From Phoronis australis (lineage: Eukaryota > Animalia > Phoronida), in contig NMRA01000087.1 of the NCBI GenBank assembly GCA_002633005.1, forward strand, positions 821,990 to 885,989: DNA of 64,000 nt. Direction: 5' to 3'. Position 1 is the stretch's first letter, and each line of letters opens with the position of its first letter. The notes under the pieces were generated by a model. That model was given only the letters and a program-made list of their open reading frames with translations. It did no database searches and was not told the origin of the DNA. The translations under genes were made by a program, and so were the position numbers. Positions 21,601-36,600 of this stretch are shown here, in pieces.

Positions 21601-24600
21601 CTGATGCACACTTTCTGGAAGGTTTTCCTAATGTAACAAAAGAGCAGCAGCTGCTTTCCTAGCCTAACAATTCAAGGTTTGACATGTAATGAAATTGTCT
21701 GGGTTTGGCATTTTTAAACATTCTATCTGCAGTTAGCAAAACCTCTGTCTTTAAGCTAATGCTTTGAGTCTACTTTTTACTCTGTGATACTGTGATATCT
21801 TAACATGAGTAAAATTTCAAAGTTAGGCTGTATAACATTAAAATAAGCATGCAGAAATATGACAAACCAAATAATAAATAGCATAACAAACGCAACATGT
21901 TGACACTCAAGACCTTCAGGCTGTTAATCATAACTAGTGATATTGTTAATAAACATTATCAATAACTAGTCACCAATAAATCGACCAATAGCATCAAGGA
22001 AACTCGACTACTTTCATCTTTAAAACTCATTTAACAATCCAAAAAGTAAAAAGACTATCAAAAACTCTAGAAATGAAATTTTTCAACCAGATAAAATAAA
22101 ATTCACTTAATTTCCTTAAGCATAGACAAAAGTCAAGCAAGTACAGAAATTAAGAATAGCGATTAACTTTTCTGAAGACTAAATTCACTTCCTCATAACA
22201 CCCAGCTCGACAATGGCTCCAGTACAGCCAAAGTAGGGGAGACATCTCCCTACTACTACGATGAATCATGATTGGCTTACTCACCACCAGGGAAGAACCA
22301 ATTAGCATGCTGAATAAGGCTCTCAACTATGGCACTTTGTATACTTGTACTAACCACGCTGTGACTACAAAGAAAACAAGACTAATGTCAAGTTCAGGGA
22401 ATAAGTTGCTCTGTTTTAGTATTTACACACAGGAAATGTGAATTTTGAGTTTCCTACAACCTCACAGTACCCAAATGTTGAAGTGCAAGTCAAAGTAATG
22501 CTAAAACATCAAAATGCAACTCATCAGGTCCTTCAACAAATACCTTAAACATGTTGCCGCTTTTAGGAGGAAAGCAACCATTTTTGATGTTAAGTTTAAG
22601 TATAAATACTGATCCTGGTCATCTTAGAAATAAAATTTTCCTTGTTAAAATTATATGCTAAATCCTGTTTAGGCGATTTCAACCAACCCTCATTCTACCA
22701 CCTAACAATGCACCATTGGCATCCCATTTGATGGTGCTTGGTGGGTGGTCTTTCTCTACAGTTGCAACGTATCTCGCCTAAAGCATAGATCACGCTTGCC
22801 CATTTAGTAGACATTCTAATTAATTATCAAATTCTGCTAGAAATATTTGAGGGTTGTCGAGGGTTACAGAGCATAATTTTTTCAAAGGACTAGGTAGGAA
22901 CTTCATTTTTAATATCTATTAATAGGCCAAAGCCGGGTTTGGTATCCTTTTAATTACCGTTTCCCTGATATGTATTTATTATTCATGAACTGCAAACTGT
23001 TTGTAGACCAACATCTACATGGCACATTACAGCCTTAATAGAAAATAACACAAAGACTTCTCACAGATAGAGCCACCAATCACATGGATGGCCAGTTTCT
23101 TAATGGCTCATTTACCAGGTTGTTTCAGCAGAATGACCACAGGGAACAGTTTACAAGTATGAAAACCCTTACCCGTCTATCTCCTTGGCTGACCACAGCA
23201 AATTAGGACCAATCACGATACCCATGTTACTGGCATTCATCTTGGTTGAGTCTGAATATTCGGTCATCTTGGATAAGAACTTGATCAGATACCTGTAATT
23301 AGTCTCGCAATAAATTCACCGCCTGGTTAAGCTGTACAGTCAACAATGAAATTATGATCACTGAACTTGGTTACAAATACATTGCATTTGACATGTACCT
23401 GTGCTGATCTATTAAGGCCAAATTACTGTGTTCAGACCTCTAAAGTCCACTAATGTTCTAAACTATAATAGCTAACAGCCTGGAACAAATTCTGGCACAT
23501 TTTTGGCCTGTAGTTTACAGGTGTTATGTGAGCCAAACAATGAATATTTTGGCCTGTAGTTTACAGGTGTTATGTGAATATTTTGCTGTTGATCAAGTGT
23601 GATCAGAAATCAACAACATGTTTTACAGAAACTGCAAGTGCCACGAATGTATTACGTACCTAAGATTTTTGTAGTTAGCACTTGGCAATTTATCTAGGAC
23701 CACCCACAAGGCTTGCAACCGTTGATTCTTGTCTTGGCTAACAAAAGAACATCCATGGTTAACCACATTAATACATTAGATGAGACAAGTTATCATGGCA
23801 AACATCAGTCAATGCATTAAGAAAACAAAACAAAACAAAAAAAACAACAAAAAATAGCTAATTTGAGGAAAATAACAGCTGTATGCCTCTTTTGGTACTA
23901 AAACATTCATCAACAATCAAATGCTGCATTTTTTTGTATTGAATTTTAACAGTATTACTTACATTATTGAACCATTGTGTCCAGAGATTTGAGAGAAATA
24001 TTTATGAATCCAGCTACTATAGTGACCCCTAACAGCTTACTGTACAGTGATAGTTCTCTCTCACGCCTGCAACTGATAATGAAACTCAGGCACTCATCTG
24101 CCATACAACTAACAAGTAGAATATTTTTCAATGTTTAAAAATTCATCAGGTAAGTATCGACTTACATCTGGGCAGCCTGCATCCATTCAGTGTACAGTGA
24201 AAATGTAAGTAGTGGTTCTGGAAGTTCTCTTAGGTACAGCTTTAGAGCACCTGTAAAAATGATAAAATGAACCTGAAGTAACATTGTTTATTTCAGATGA
24301 CTTTTCAACTTAGGACAATGAAATCGTCAGAAAAAGGGTCCATTTTCCTATAGTTTTTGTTAAGAGAATTTTTCCTTATAAAATCTGTTAACGTACAAAA
24401 GTACATTGATTTCAGTATCCTGGAAATGATCACATATGTTGAAAATGTATTTTCAGCGTCCAAAATCAAAGAATTTTTACTACAAATACAAAAATATGTG
24501 GGGTGAGACACACACAATTATAACATATTATTTAGTAAAAAATGAGAGAAGTTACTCACTAGAAGACTATATGTTAATTAAGCATAACGCTTCAAGCCTG

Positions 24601-27600
24601 CAGTTCAGGCCCTTGATCACATGACTGATCTTCTGCCGTTGTGGAACAGAAAGTAACACCTTGTCGTAAAGGAGTGGAAGTTGTAGTGCCTGGTCACAGT
24701 TAAGTGTGACTACAACTTCCTCCCATTTACGACAAGATGTTACTTCTGGTTCCACAACAGCGGTAATATCAGTCAAGTGATCAAGAGCCTGAACTGCAGG
24801 CTTGAAACGTTATACTTAACTAACTTATAGTCTTTTAATAAGTAGCTTCTCTCGTTTTTTACTATCATCACAGAAGCTAACGATGAATTATGAACACTTT
24901 TAACCGAATCTCTTATTTGGTTTGTCTACGAACATTCTCTTTGATAAACCTTTATATCACTTTATCAATTCACAATTAGAGCACTTATTACACTCAGGAA
25001 CATTACACAAACAAAATCTGCATTTTCTTGAATGTTTCCAATGGCAGAGGCATTGAAGTAGTATCATTAACAAGTGCCATGAAAAGCCAAAGAAATTACG
25101 TGAAGTACAACATACATTCTACCCAAACAATTGCAACGACAAACCTAAAATCTAACACTATTCTCTAATTTGTACAAGAAATAGCAAAATAACGACAAAA
25201 ACTGAACGTTGATCTCACCAGCTATAGCAGGGACATCTGTCACAAACTCCGTCATTTCAACTGCTCCAGCATCAAACGCAGCCTTAAGTTTCTTCAGTTT
25301 AGAAGCACTGCCAGCTATTCGGAACAAACCCTGTGCGAAAAGAAGTAAACCAATGATAGCAACGACCATTTAACAGCACGAGGTTAGATGTCCTTTTCTA
25401 CTATATGTATTGTCAAACATTGTATTATAGGGATGGTCCAAAGCTGGTTCTTCTCTGGCAAGTTGCATGAAACGGTCCCAAATAGGGACTCACCTAAGTT
25501 CGCTAAATCTTTTGCGTATTTGCTTCGTTCGCTACTCACAGATGAAATATTTTTCTATCATTTTATCTTTGTTCTGAGCTCCTCTTTGACAAATAACATT
25601 TTCTAATAAGACTAAAAACTAAGCCCTTAATTCAGTCAAAATAATTAGGGACGTTGCACAAAAAGATCCCTACTTACTTTCAAAAATATTGAAAATTAAA
25701 CATATCGTTCACCTTAGAATTATCTGAGTAATTAGACTCAACCAGCATAACAAAGGACAATAAGTGTTTTCACAAGCCTGCAAATACGCAACTTAGCTGA
25801 GTCCCTGTTAGGGACTGTTTCATGTAAGCGGGCACTCAAGTCTAAAAATCAATTCCGATTCGCGTATCTGCAACAACCAACTTAGTGACATAGTCTCTAA
25901 AGTACTAATAACCTAAAATTCTTCTCAAGCCTAAATATCCATTCCAGTCTGAGAAGGAAACAAAATGAGACAAATACAGCGAGTGGTCTACATCTTCCGT
26001 TGGTTTGTGATGGAAGGCACGAGTTTATTGCCCCTTTCAGGCAAAAGCTATGTCTCTATCTAACCCCACTCCATGCTAACCTCTTCTTCTGTTCCAATTT
26101 CCAAGAGCGTACACACACATTCTTCTATCACAAACGCTATCTCTCTATCAGTCACGCTCAAATGATCTTCTAGTGGTGTGCCATACACGGGCTTGAGGGA
26201 GTATTTCTCTGAAACAGTGTTCTGGACAATGTTTAAAGTAGTAAAAGCTATAGTATAAACTACAATACAAGTATTCAGACAAAATGACACGGAATTCCTC
26301 ATCATGACGGCTGGGTGGAAGCCAAATTCATCGTTAGAGTAGTCTCTCCTGATGACTGAGAATGAAGAGGAATCAACATAAGGTTTAGTAAGGTCGCTAA
26401 GCCATTCTGTAATTGGAATTTTCCTGCCTTAATAGTTATTACTAGTAACTTTGCTGTAAACAGAATTAGACGTCATATCGGGAAAACGGTATTTTGTCCG
26501 ATTACATTTGTCTCATACCGTATTTATTAAACAGAGAACCCAAAACAAGAGTTGCAGTGAAATTAATTAATTTTTTCAGACACTAATGAATTGTTTTCAT
26601 AAAAATCTGAAACCATGTCACTGATTCCGTAACAAAGGAACTATCGAGGCAGAAAAATGTACATTTACAGTATCCAAATTTAATGTTTCTTTTTATCAAA
26701 TGCTCATCTCGCAAATTACAAATGTCAAATTACATTATGGAAAAAGCTGAGTTCACTGACAGTTTGATCTGTCACATTTAGCTTCATTTTTTGCAGACTG
26801 AGATCAGCAATTTCAGCATTATCCATTTAACATGACTGTATACGACTTTCCAGAACTTTGACATGTTATCTTTAAATAGTGACCTTGAACAAAGCAAATA
26901 AAAAAGAACAACATCAGCGGACTTACGTATTTCATCTCTCATTTTGGGAATCATCTGTTCTAGTGAGTCCAACGCCTGTCTGTGGTAGTTAGCCTGTGAT
27001 TGTACGAGTTCTATGAACCGCTCAGCTACCTCCGGTTCCCTTGCTAAAAAGTTGTACAAATCAGTCGTATACTGATCCTGAAACGAATTGAATTACAATA
27101 CATTATTTTGAGAGACACAACTGATTTCACACAGTGACAGAATCAAATAGTTTTAGTGCAAATTTCACACCAACTATGTTAACTCTTAATTGTCAGAGTA
27201 AGTGCATTTTCTGGAAGGTGTATTCAAATGTAAATGCAAGCAGGCGCGCACAGACTCAGGATCTTGTCCAAGAATGTCTGACATTAGACAAACATAAAAC
27301 GTGCTTGACATTCCTTAAATGGACTGAGCCAAGTATGGACTCTCCTGGACCCATCGAGATTCGTGCCAGAGCTGTATGGGCATTCATGCATGCATTCAAA
27401 ATGGCTTAAAGGGATGTTCTCTGTGAACCAAGTAGATTTCTGAGATCATTCTGAGAGTGGAATCAAACTTGGAACCCCCGTGGTCATACCCTAACACTTC
27501 AGGGCCCGGTCTCCAATCTTTTTACTCGAAATGGAACTCGAAATTAGGTTTGGCATTTTCTACTCTACTTTTGGGCGAACTCAAGATAAGTGTCTATTAT

Positions 27601-30600
27601 TCTATGCTCGAGTACACAATAACTTATGTAGATAATTTATTGCCCTTAGTTCACAGTTTGTAAACCCAATATTAAAGCAATAAGTTCGAGTTTGAACTCG
27701 AAATTTCGAGTTTTTATTCGAGTTTGTAGCACGAATATAAGGGTCTTCAAGGGCAAACTTGAACTAGAAACTCCTATGCATGAACTGTAATGTATTCGAT
27801 CACAGTCTGATAACCAATTATCTTAAGTTCGCACAAAAGGAGCAGAGAAATTGCCAAATATAGTTTCGAGTTCGTTTCGAGTACAAAGATTAGAGACCGG
27901 GCCCTGTTGGAGTTAAAAAAACCCCGCTCGATAAATAGCAGAGTATGTTAAGTGGACTTAGCTGGTAAAGTCCCTAGCCTCGATTTCAGCATAGAACTGT
28001 AATGTCTGGCAGACAACAGCAAGAATAGGCAATTTGTAGTTAAATTTCAGCATAGAACTGTAATGTCAGGCAGACAACAGCAAGAATAGGCCATTTGTAG
28101 TAAAATCATAAAAACTCCATGAATTTCATTTTTTATAGCTTTGGTAAAAGCTATTCCATCCATTAATAATCCCAAAATGCATCTTTCGGACGTAAAACTA
28201 ATACTGTCCCTTTAAATTACTCAAACGCTGAAGCCCTTAATCTGACCACGCACCTTAGACTGCTCCACTTTAGTCTGCGCCTCCTCATACTCCTCTTTAA
28301 TTGTGTCGGCCTTGGCAGAACTGCGCATCATGTTACTGCTGCCAGCCGTCTCACGAACCGCAGAGTGCCATCTAAAATAGGAAGAGATGGAGGATATCAG
28401 ACACTGACACAATCCTGCCAATGATGGTGAAGATATGGAACCCAACTGCTTTTGAACTCCAAGACAACTACTGCAAATGTACCAGGGTCGGACCTTAGCC
28501 ATCAGTAAAGCTCCGATAAATCGAGACTGATAACTCATACCAAAAACCAGATGCTGCCCTCCATGTAGGTCTTGATGAGTACCAAGCCATTTTTTGTAAA
28601 GATTCGTTAAAGGACAATTAACGTTGGAGTCCGAGGACCTTAAAAATGAAAATTGCCATCACGATACAATTTGTGTCCAGTTTCAACTAAAGACATTGAG
28701 TCATCATCATCTATCGCGGAACTATAGGCTGTGTGTAAATGAAACATTAACTTGATGAGAAATGTGACCTGCAGCACACACAGAAAACTTCATGACAGAG
28801 TTACACACTTGCCAAGTCAAGTAACATACAAGTTTAAATCAACATATTGCATCAATTCAGCAGTAAGTTAGGAGAGCATGAACTCCACCTAGGCAAAACA
28901 AAACGTAACAAAACGTAAACAGAATAAAGGCAACGTGGAATTCTAAAAACGACTTCCTGAAGAAACTGTATTGGACTGCTGGCAGAACACCTTGACAGCC
29001 TAAATCAAGTAAGGATTTTGTGAATACGAAAGGTTTCACTGATAAATGGCTTTAAAACCAGAGTCATACATCACGCTACAATTTGTTTTCACTTACTTCT
29101 TAAATGGAGATTATTGTCAAGAGAAGTTACTTTGAGATGAGCATCAGCACAGATTCAAACCTGCAACTCTCTGTGGTTGCAACCTAACACTGTGCTGATG
29201 CAACTAAATTTTAAGTGTATTTAATTGACAAAGTCACCTGCCTTGATTTCAGTGAATGTCCAGTATACAACAGCAAAAGTTGCACATTTGCAATAAAATC
29301 ACAAAATCCACGGATTTTGTTGTTTTATAACTTTGGTCAAAGCTAACAATGTCAAGAAGTTTATCCCATCTAGCACTAATCACGACAATGCATTTTTCGG
29401 CCATTAACTGATACTGAAAACAAGAAACATGCTAATTATGGCTATCAAAATGAACTTTATTTGCCATGGCAACATCGATTCCAACACTTGGTTGGAAAAG
29501 ATAAACTGATGACAAGTATTAAATTTTGTAAGGGCTGAGAGGCTTTATGATTTCCTGAAACATTCTTGTTTTATTTATCTATTTATATTCTACATGACTT
29601 GTCTGGAGATGCTTCAGGACAATGGAAGTAAAGTCTTCGGGATTAAGTGGACAAAACCTGATTTTTTTAATGGAGGAAATGCCATTTTATTGACATTCTC
29701 AAAATGAATATCATCAGGACTGTTTCCTGTTGGGACTTCCTCAAAAGTATTGTCACTGATAACTTGAATTCTTGTAGGGTTAATAGTTGACCTAGTTATT
29801 GTTTCCAAGCTATTTCCGCCTATTTTAATATGGCAGACCTTCGTGTTATGAAACTTTGTTTTTGTGTAGAGTACCAATTTGACCTTTCAGAGGTACAAAA
29901 ATGACAATGAATGAAACGAAACAGATGCAAGTTATCTTACAGCAGTTTGCTTGTTCAGAATTGTTTGGAGATCAAGATGAAAAGTTGAGCACTGTAAATA
30001 TGAAAATATTCTTTTGAATATTTTTTTTGTAAAAGAAGACATTAGGCTTCAATTAAAATTTAGTTTGTTTCCTTCATGCGACCATTATGGGCAAGACTCA
30101 AAACATTCTGTTTAAAGTTTGGGCAAAAGACTATTATTCAATGTTAAAAAAAGGAAATATATTTTGCAGATGATATTATTCCTAAAACTTACCTATGCAT
30201 TATATGTGACAGTAGGCTGTTTAGACACTAACAGTGACATTCCGCAAACTGATGCAGGGCAAGATGATTTGTGTCAAGCGGCCGTCTACACACACAATTC
30301 AGTAAGTGTAGCAAGACAGAAGTAGTAAGAAGGAAGGTTTACAATGCTCAGGGGTGGACATGACAGTTGACGTTGAGAAAGAGAAAATGATGCAATTGAT
30401 TTGTGAAGAGGTTGTTGAGGAGATAACAATAATGATAAAGGACTAAAAGCCAAATGGCGTCAGTAAGATGAACGCTATTGTAGATAACATGATAACTTCC
30501 ACCTTGCCACACTTTTCTATTAGGACACACAGTTAACATGGAATGAGATGATTGGGCGCAAAATGCTCATCACAATCTGATGACAAAATTGACATCGTGG

Positions 30601-33600
30601 TGACAACTTGTTCCGTGTCAACTTCTGTTTACACAAATAGTTGTACCGTGTCAACTTGTCCCACATCAGCTTTCCCCACTACTCGTGTAATGTAAACAGT
30701 GTTTACGTAAAATATCATACCAGTTGACTAACCCATCCCAGAGGAGTGAGGAGTGATGGTAGGATGGACGGACGGCCTTAACAACACCTCGTTTCCAGCA
30801 TTGATAAACTGTTCTACTTTTATTAAAAATTAAAAACACACCTGGCTTTAGCAGAGTCCATGTCAAGAGTCAGCTTGGACAGCTGCCTCTTCAGCTTGAG
30901 CAGAGCAGGGATTTCAATGTCCAATATGTTCTGTAGGGGAGACATAACTGAAGTCTCGATGGTCATTTCGTGCTGAAGTCGCTGTTCACCCAGGGATCCC
31001 TCGGCGTCGCTGCACATGTGTAGGATTTGACTAAAAATAGTCATTAAGTAAATGAAAACTTTTGATATTTATCCATTCCTAAGGGCAAGTAAGGTTACAT
31101 TATTAGGACCTTATAGATAAGTCAGTACATTCAGACAAATATCTACAAAATATTGAACAGATTCAACTCAGTTAAACTGTAAATTTTCTACAGTAGAAAA
31201 CCTGTAGCATTTGAGTTTTGACTTTATACCCATCAGTCATTAATCGAGTCCTGTGATCTTTTTTAGTAAAATTTATCCAAAACGAAAGGCACATTCATAA
31301 TACAACAACGGTTTTAATAATGCGAACAAACATCAGTTGACGTAAATGTTTAAGATGAAATTGCAGAAACGCTGTTATACTTTTCTAAATTATCATTTCT
31401 TTTTATGCAACTTGAAGTTTTTCCACAAAAAATCGCAAGTCCTATTTTGACAGCCCGTCATGTAAAAGTGGAGCACTTCAAAAACAAAACAATTCCTTAA
31501 AGCCACTTGAAGAACACTGCATAAAGCATATTATCTGAAAGTTTCGTAGGAATCCGACCGACCATTTCTGAGGTGTGACGTTCGGAAGTTAGACAAATTT
31601 TGAAATTTTTGTAGTGTCCTACAAAGCCTTAAATCGATAAATTAAAACAACACAAAATCCCACATAGACTCAAACACAAACACAATTGGAAAATATCAAA
31701 AATATTGCTTTACTCCCCATCAACTGATGTTATGGGCACTTCTTCAGACTGCGTTGGTATTGGTGGTTATGAAAATTTAACAGCGTGAATTCAACTTTGA
31801 TATTGAGTGACTTTGTCAATTCCCTTACCATAATAAACCATCATTGAGCAATGCTGAGCCTTCCTGCATTGTAGCTGCTAAGCTCGATTCCGGGATTTTT
31901 CTCTGTAATTTTCAAACAAATTCTTTTACAATGCAAGAAAACATTTTGCAAAACTTATCTGAGTTCACAACAGAAAGAAGACAGACACTTAAAATCTTGT
32001 ATTCCATTAGGTATAAGTTGCACAATCCCAAGAAAATCACACAGGAAGTCTTGATCATTTCATGTCAACCCCAGTACATGAAAAACTCTTGAATCAGACC
32101 AGTTTCTGTCACAAATACATTGATTCACAAGTAGAGCACAACACATTGGGACTATTCTCTGCCTAAAGTTTCTAAAAGTGCAGACTAGACACTGATTCAG
32201 AAATTCTAGAACAAAAATGGTTCATTAATTGTCAGGGCCCTAAATCACTCGAGTTTGGGGCCAAGCACCGGCCCCATTCCCCTCTGGAAAATGTTGAAAA
32301 ATCACACGTTGATATCCAAAAATTCTCATCAAGTGATTGAAAAATTCCCCTTGAGGTTCAAATCACTCTCACACAGGTAACAATTTGAAAGAACACAAAA
32401 TGTTACTTTGGCCACTCGAGGCTACTATGAAGGCTTAGAACAGGTTGGGGGCAGGCCTTCATGTAGCTTACGTCCTGGGGCATCCAAATGGACGCCCTAG
32501 CACTAATCTGGACGCTCTGGCAAGGACGCCCAATGTATCATTTGGACGCCCTGTCCAGTGATTTAGGGCCCTGACACCCAAATTGTAAGATTACCATAAC
32601 TCCCAAGTTAATGAAAGAGAGAAGTTGGCCCTTTCAACTTAGAAAGAAATATACAATGTATTTATTATGTTACAATCTATTTTCAAAGTATTTAGTAGAC
32701 CTGTCAATCATTAGCACCTGTTTGGTTGCCAGAGTGTTATGTCCCTGCTTTCAGTGGTCTCATATCCCACTGCAATTCTGTACTTTATATAGGGACAGGG
32801 TTCTTGCTTAACTCCAAACTGGTGTTTCACAGCTGTAGTTTCATGTATTTCATCTTTTTTTAAAAACACCAAAAGCGAAATAAATGTCATTATTTTAATA
32901 ATATGACATGCCACAAGAATATGCCCATTTAAAATGTTTGAGTTTTCGCCCGTTTCATGCTTTTCTATGTGCGTCTTGAAATGGAGAAGCAGTGACACCT
33001 GGTGCCAAAATATAAACCACACATCATCTGTGCATTTTTCTTGTGTTGGTAACTGTTCAACGCATTTTTTAATTGTAAAAAACCTCACTGTGTGTGGGGT
33101 ACTGGTGAATGGTGGTGGGGAGTGGGGGGTAATGTGTTGTTGGAATCATGGACGCCCTGGAACATTTTGAACTCCATTTTGGACACCCTGTGTTCGAAAT
33201 CTTGGATAAAACCCTGGTTGGGGGTGCTGTGGATGGTGATTGGGAGGTAGAATTTTCCCCTCACCACGAAATATTCCCATTTCAGAAGACAGGAACCTTT
33301 CCCCTCTGAGGTATGAGGGCAATGCTTATGCCACTTAACAGGGTATAAGGCATCCTCAAACCAAAGCTGCTTGCACATATTTAGCACAACACTATCAATA
33401 ACAAAGTCACAAGTTGAAATCCAGCCTGTATGATGTATTGCTATTTTGTAAACATTGTTGATGTTTCCACTTAGCATGATCTCCTAACAAAAGTGCACTT
33501 GTCTTGTAACCATTCACACCACTGGCATTTTTGATATTAGGTACAACGCTAGTGTTTTGTGCCAATGTGGTGCTGATCTTACCATCAATCAGCAGATATG

Positions 33601-36600
33601 TGGGGCATGAAACACATGACTGCCAAGTGGTAGGTCATGTGCATGTTGACTCACTTGACAAGAATAATATCAGGAAGTCTGTCTAAACAAATATGATGGG
33701 AAATTAAGCAAATGATTTCTGGAGTGCTGAGGTATGGCTTGCAGGGTTATCAAAAAGAAGCAGTTGATCAGAATTTATCAGCTTGTTCTCTAATGAACAG
33801 GCTTGATGAACAATCATCAGGCAATTATCAAAAATTTAATAATTTTTCTGCATAATTAGCTATAGTAATCAATTACAGCCTACTCTGTGATTGGCAATAT
33901 ATCAGGGACCAGTTGTCCTATGCAATATACCAGGGACCGGTTGTCCTATGATTGCAAAATGTCTAGCATCCTTCTTTCCTGCATTCTTCTACCAATTAAA
34001 GCACAAACCATCAATGTTAAACTTTCCTGACAAGTTAGTCATCTTCAGATAATAAGCCTCAGGCAACAGAAACAATTTTTAAGTTTAGATGGCTGTGCAT
34101 CCAGTCTTTCAAGAACATGTCATACATCGTTTTTATGATGGATTAAAAAGGTTTCCTTTCCTTACAACAGAAGGTAGTCAATGATCTTCCTCAAGATCCT
34201 CATGCGAATCTCCACTAACAACAGTCATTTCTCATAAACACAATTTTTTCCCACAAGTTTTATCTTATCTCACACGCATACTTTTCTTAACCACGGTTTT
34301 CTTCATGAGCCTCAACTCTTCACATTATTACAGACTTCTTCAACAGCTTGTACCCAGTTTTTATGCAGATAATTTTGACACAAAGCATTTATTTAGCTCA
34401 CTTTTAAGAAAAATATGTTGTCATACTCAAGGTGCAAAAATGATTCCATGGCCGTCCCTGAGCTAAATTTCATCCATAAACCAATGAACACCTGTCCCAA
34501 GCCAGCAAACACCAAATCCCATGACAAATACACCCCAGACACGCTCAGCTACATGCACCAGTCGAAAATACTCCATATCCAGTGACTAAAATCTATACCC
34601 AGTGACCAAACTCTATACCCAATGACCAAACGACAGCACTGGGGACCAGACTAGTGAGGAATGAGGTCCCCAGGACCAGAGGTCACTATGTAGGTCAGAG
34701 TTTACTCACCCTTCTCTTGTCCATGTCTGATCCTGACCCTTGAACCAGGAAGGCCACCTTCTTGCTTGTGTTGTGACATGCTTGCTTGATCACCTCCACA
34801 CGCTTTTCAGCACTAACCAGATCCTCACTTAGAACTTCAGTTTTCTCAGCTCTGCAGTAAGAAATAATAGAACCGATAAAATGACAGTCTGATATGTAGC
34901 TTGTTCTTGAACTATGTAGTTCATTGCTCATTCATACTTTGTTCACCATAAGGCAAAGACAGATGTCAGTGGGCTATTATTCTATTACAAATCAATGCCT
35001 ATACCGACAGCACACACTGTATTCCAAAATACAAACACAACCAGAGCAATGCCCATGGTTGATATACAACCACCATGCGCATCACAAATGACACAGATAT
35101 AAGGGATTCTCAATTTTATTTTCGTAACACTTCCACACAATAGACATGAAAATTAATGTACCAAATGATAAAATTCTATAGACTGTGCTCCAGATTAAAG
35201 AGAACGTTCGTAATAGAATCTGTTCACTTCTCAGTAAGAGGAATTTTTTTTGGAAGTTCACGGCAAACTATTAACAATTTAATTTCAGCTTCACTGCATC
35301 AAACCCACAGAATATATAACCAGCTAAATATTGAGTATCAGTGTAGCTTTCACTATATTGCTAATGTCATTATACTATAAAAATAAAACATCCCTTAATT
35401 GCAATGATTAAAGCAGAAAAAGGCACGTGCTACCAAATGGCTTGTGGCCTTTTACCTCAATTACTTATGATGATGATTAGCACGCATAAAGTTCGGAGAT
35501 TTAATAACAACTTCATGACATGCTGTGTGAAGCTGCGTACTTGTTCGCAATGTTACCTTTGGGAATTGTGTGCAAGGTTGATAGTAAAAAGAGAATGAAT
35601 TAGGATGGAAGGTTTCACACTGTATTTACTAACAAAACAGCTCAACTTTGGCAATATTGTCTGGCTGAATGATGCCTAAAAGGCACATGCCTACAAGGAC
35701 AAACATAGATTCTACAGTTTGAGACTGTTGACACAATCCCTCAAACTTGCCCGTCACTGTGGAATACACTCAATCATTATCCAGTTTCAAGACCAAATTA
35801 AAAAATCTTTTCAACAATATGGTGCTAAATGATGAAAATTATTGCATGTTTCTCTTTCGCTTGACTGTAAATTCAAGTCACTTCCTTGTTTCACTAAGGT
35901 GGGCATTTTCAATACCTGGATAAGACCAAGAGCATACAAACAAAGTACCACCTGAAACTGAAACACATGCATTTTCAACCTATACTCGTTTATATAAGAG
36001 CAGACTTACATCGATATTATGACAACTACCATAAAAAATCCCTAGGTAAGTATCTTATGGTCTCCATGGATATTAATACACTAGCACATAATAGATGAGC
36101 CAGACAAGTGAGCAGCAACTGCTATTGCTTCAGTTTACAGCTCAGCACACAGGATACTCTAAAAAGTGAAACAAGGGCAAACAAACGATTCATGCTGACT
36201 TGCTGAATTAGGTCAGGTGCCAGACTCTGGCCACAAAGAATCACAAACATCTTCTTTACTAGGAGTAATGCTGAACAATGAGCAACAACTGTGCATTCAC
36301 AGGGAACAGTACTCTTGATGTTAAAAGCTGAACATTCAAGCATGCATTTGAGAGTCTCGTGATTTAGGTGGCCAACAATGGCAAGCATTTTGAGAGGGTT
36401 TCACACCAGCGACAATGGTGATTTAGGTGGCCAACAATGGCAAGATTTTGAGAGGGTTTCGCACCAGCATCAATACGTCCGTGTTTCGGGGAGTGTCGGT
36501 CACTGACAAAGATACAATCCACTCTAGAACCAAAGTTAAACTTGCAAAATTAACTGTCAATGACTGTATTCTTAACTGATTTATGTTTAAATATTCACCA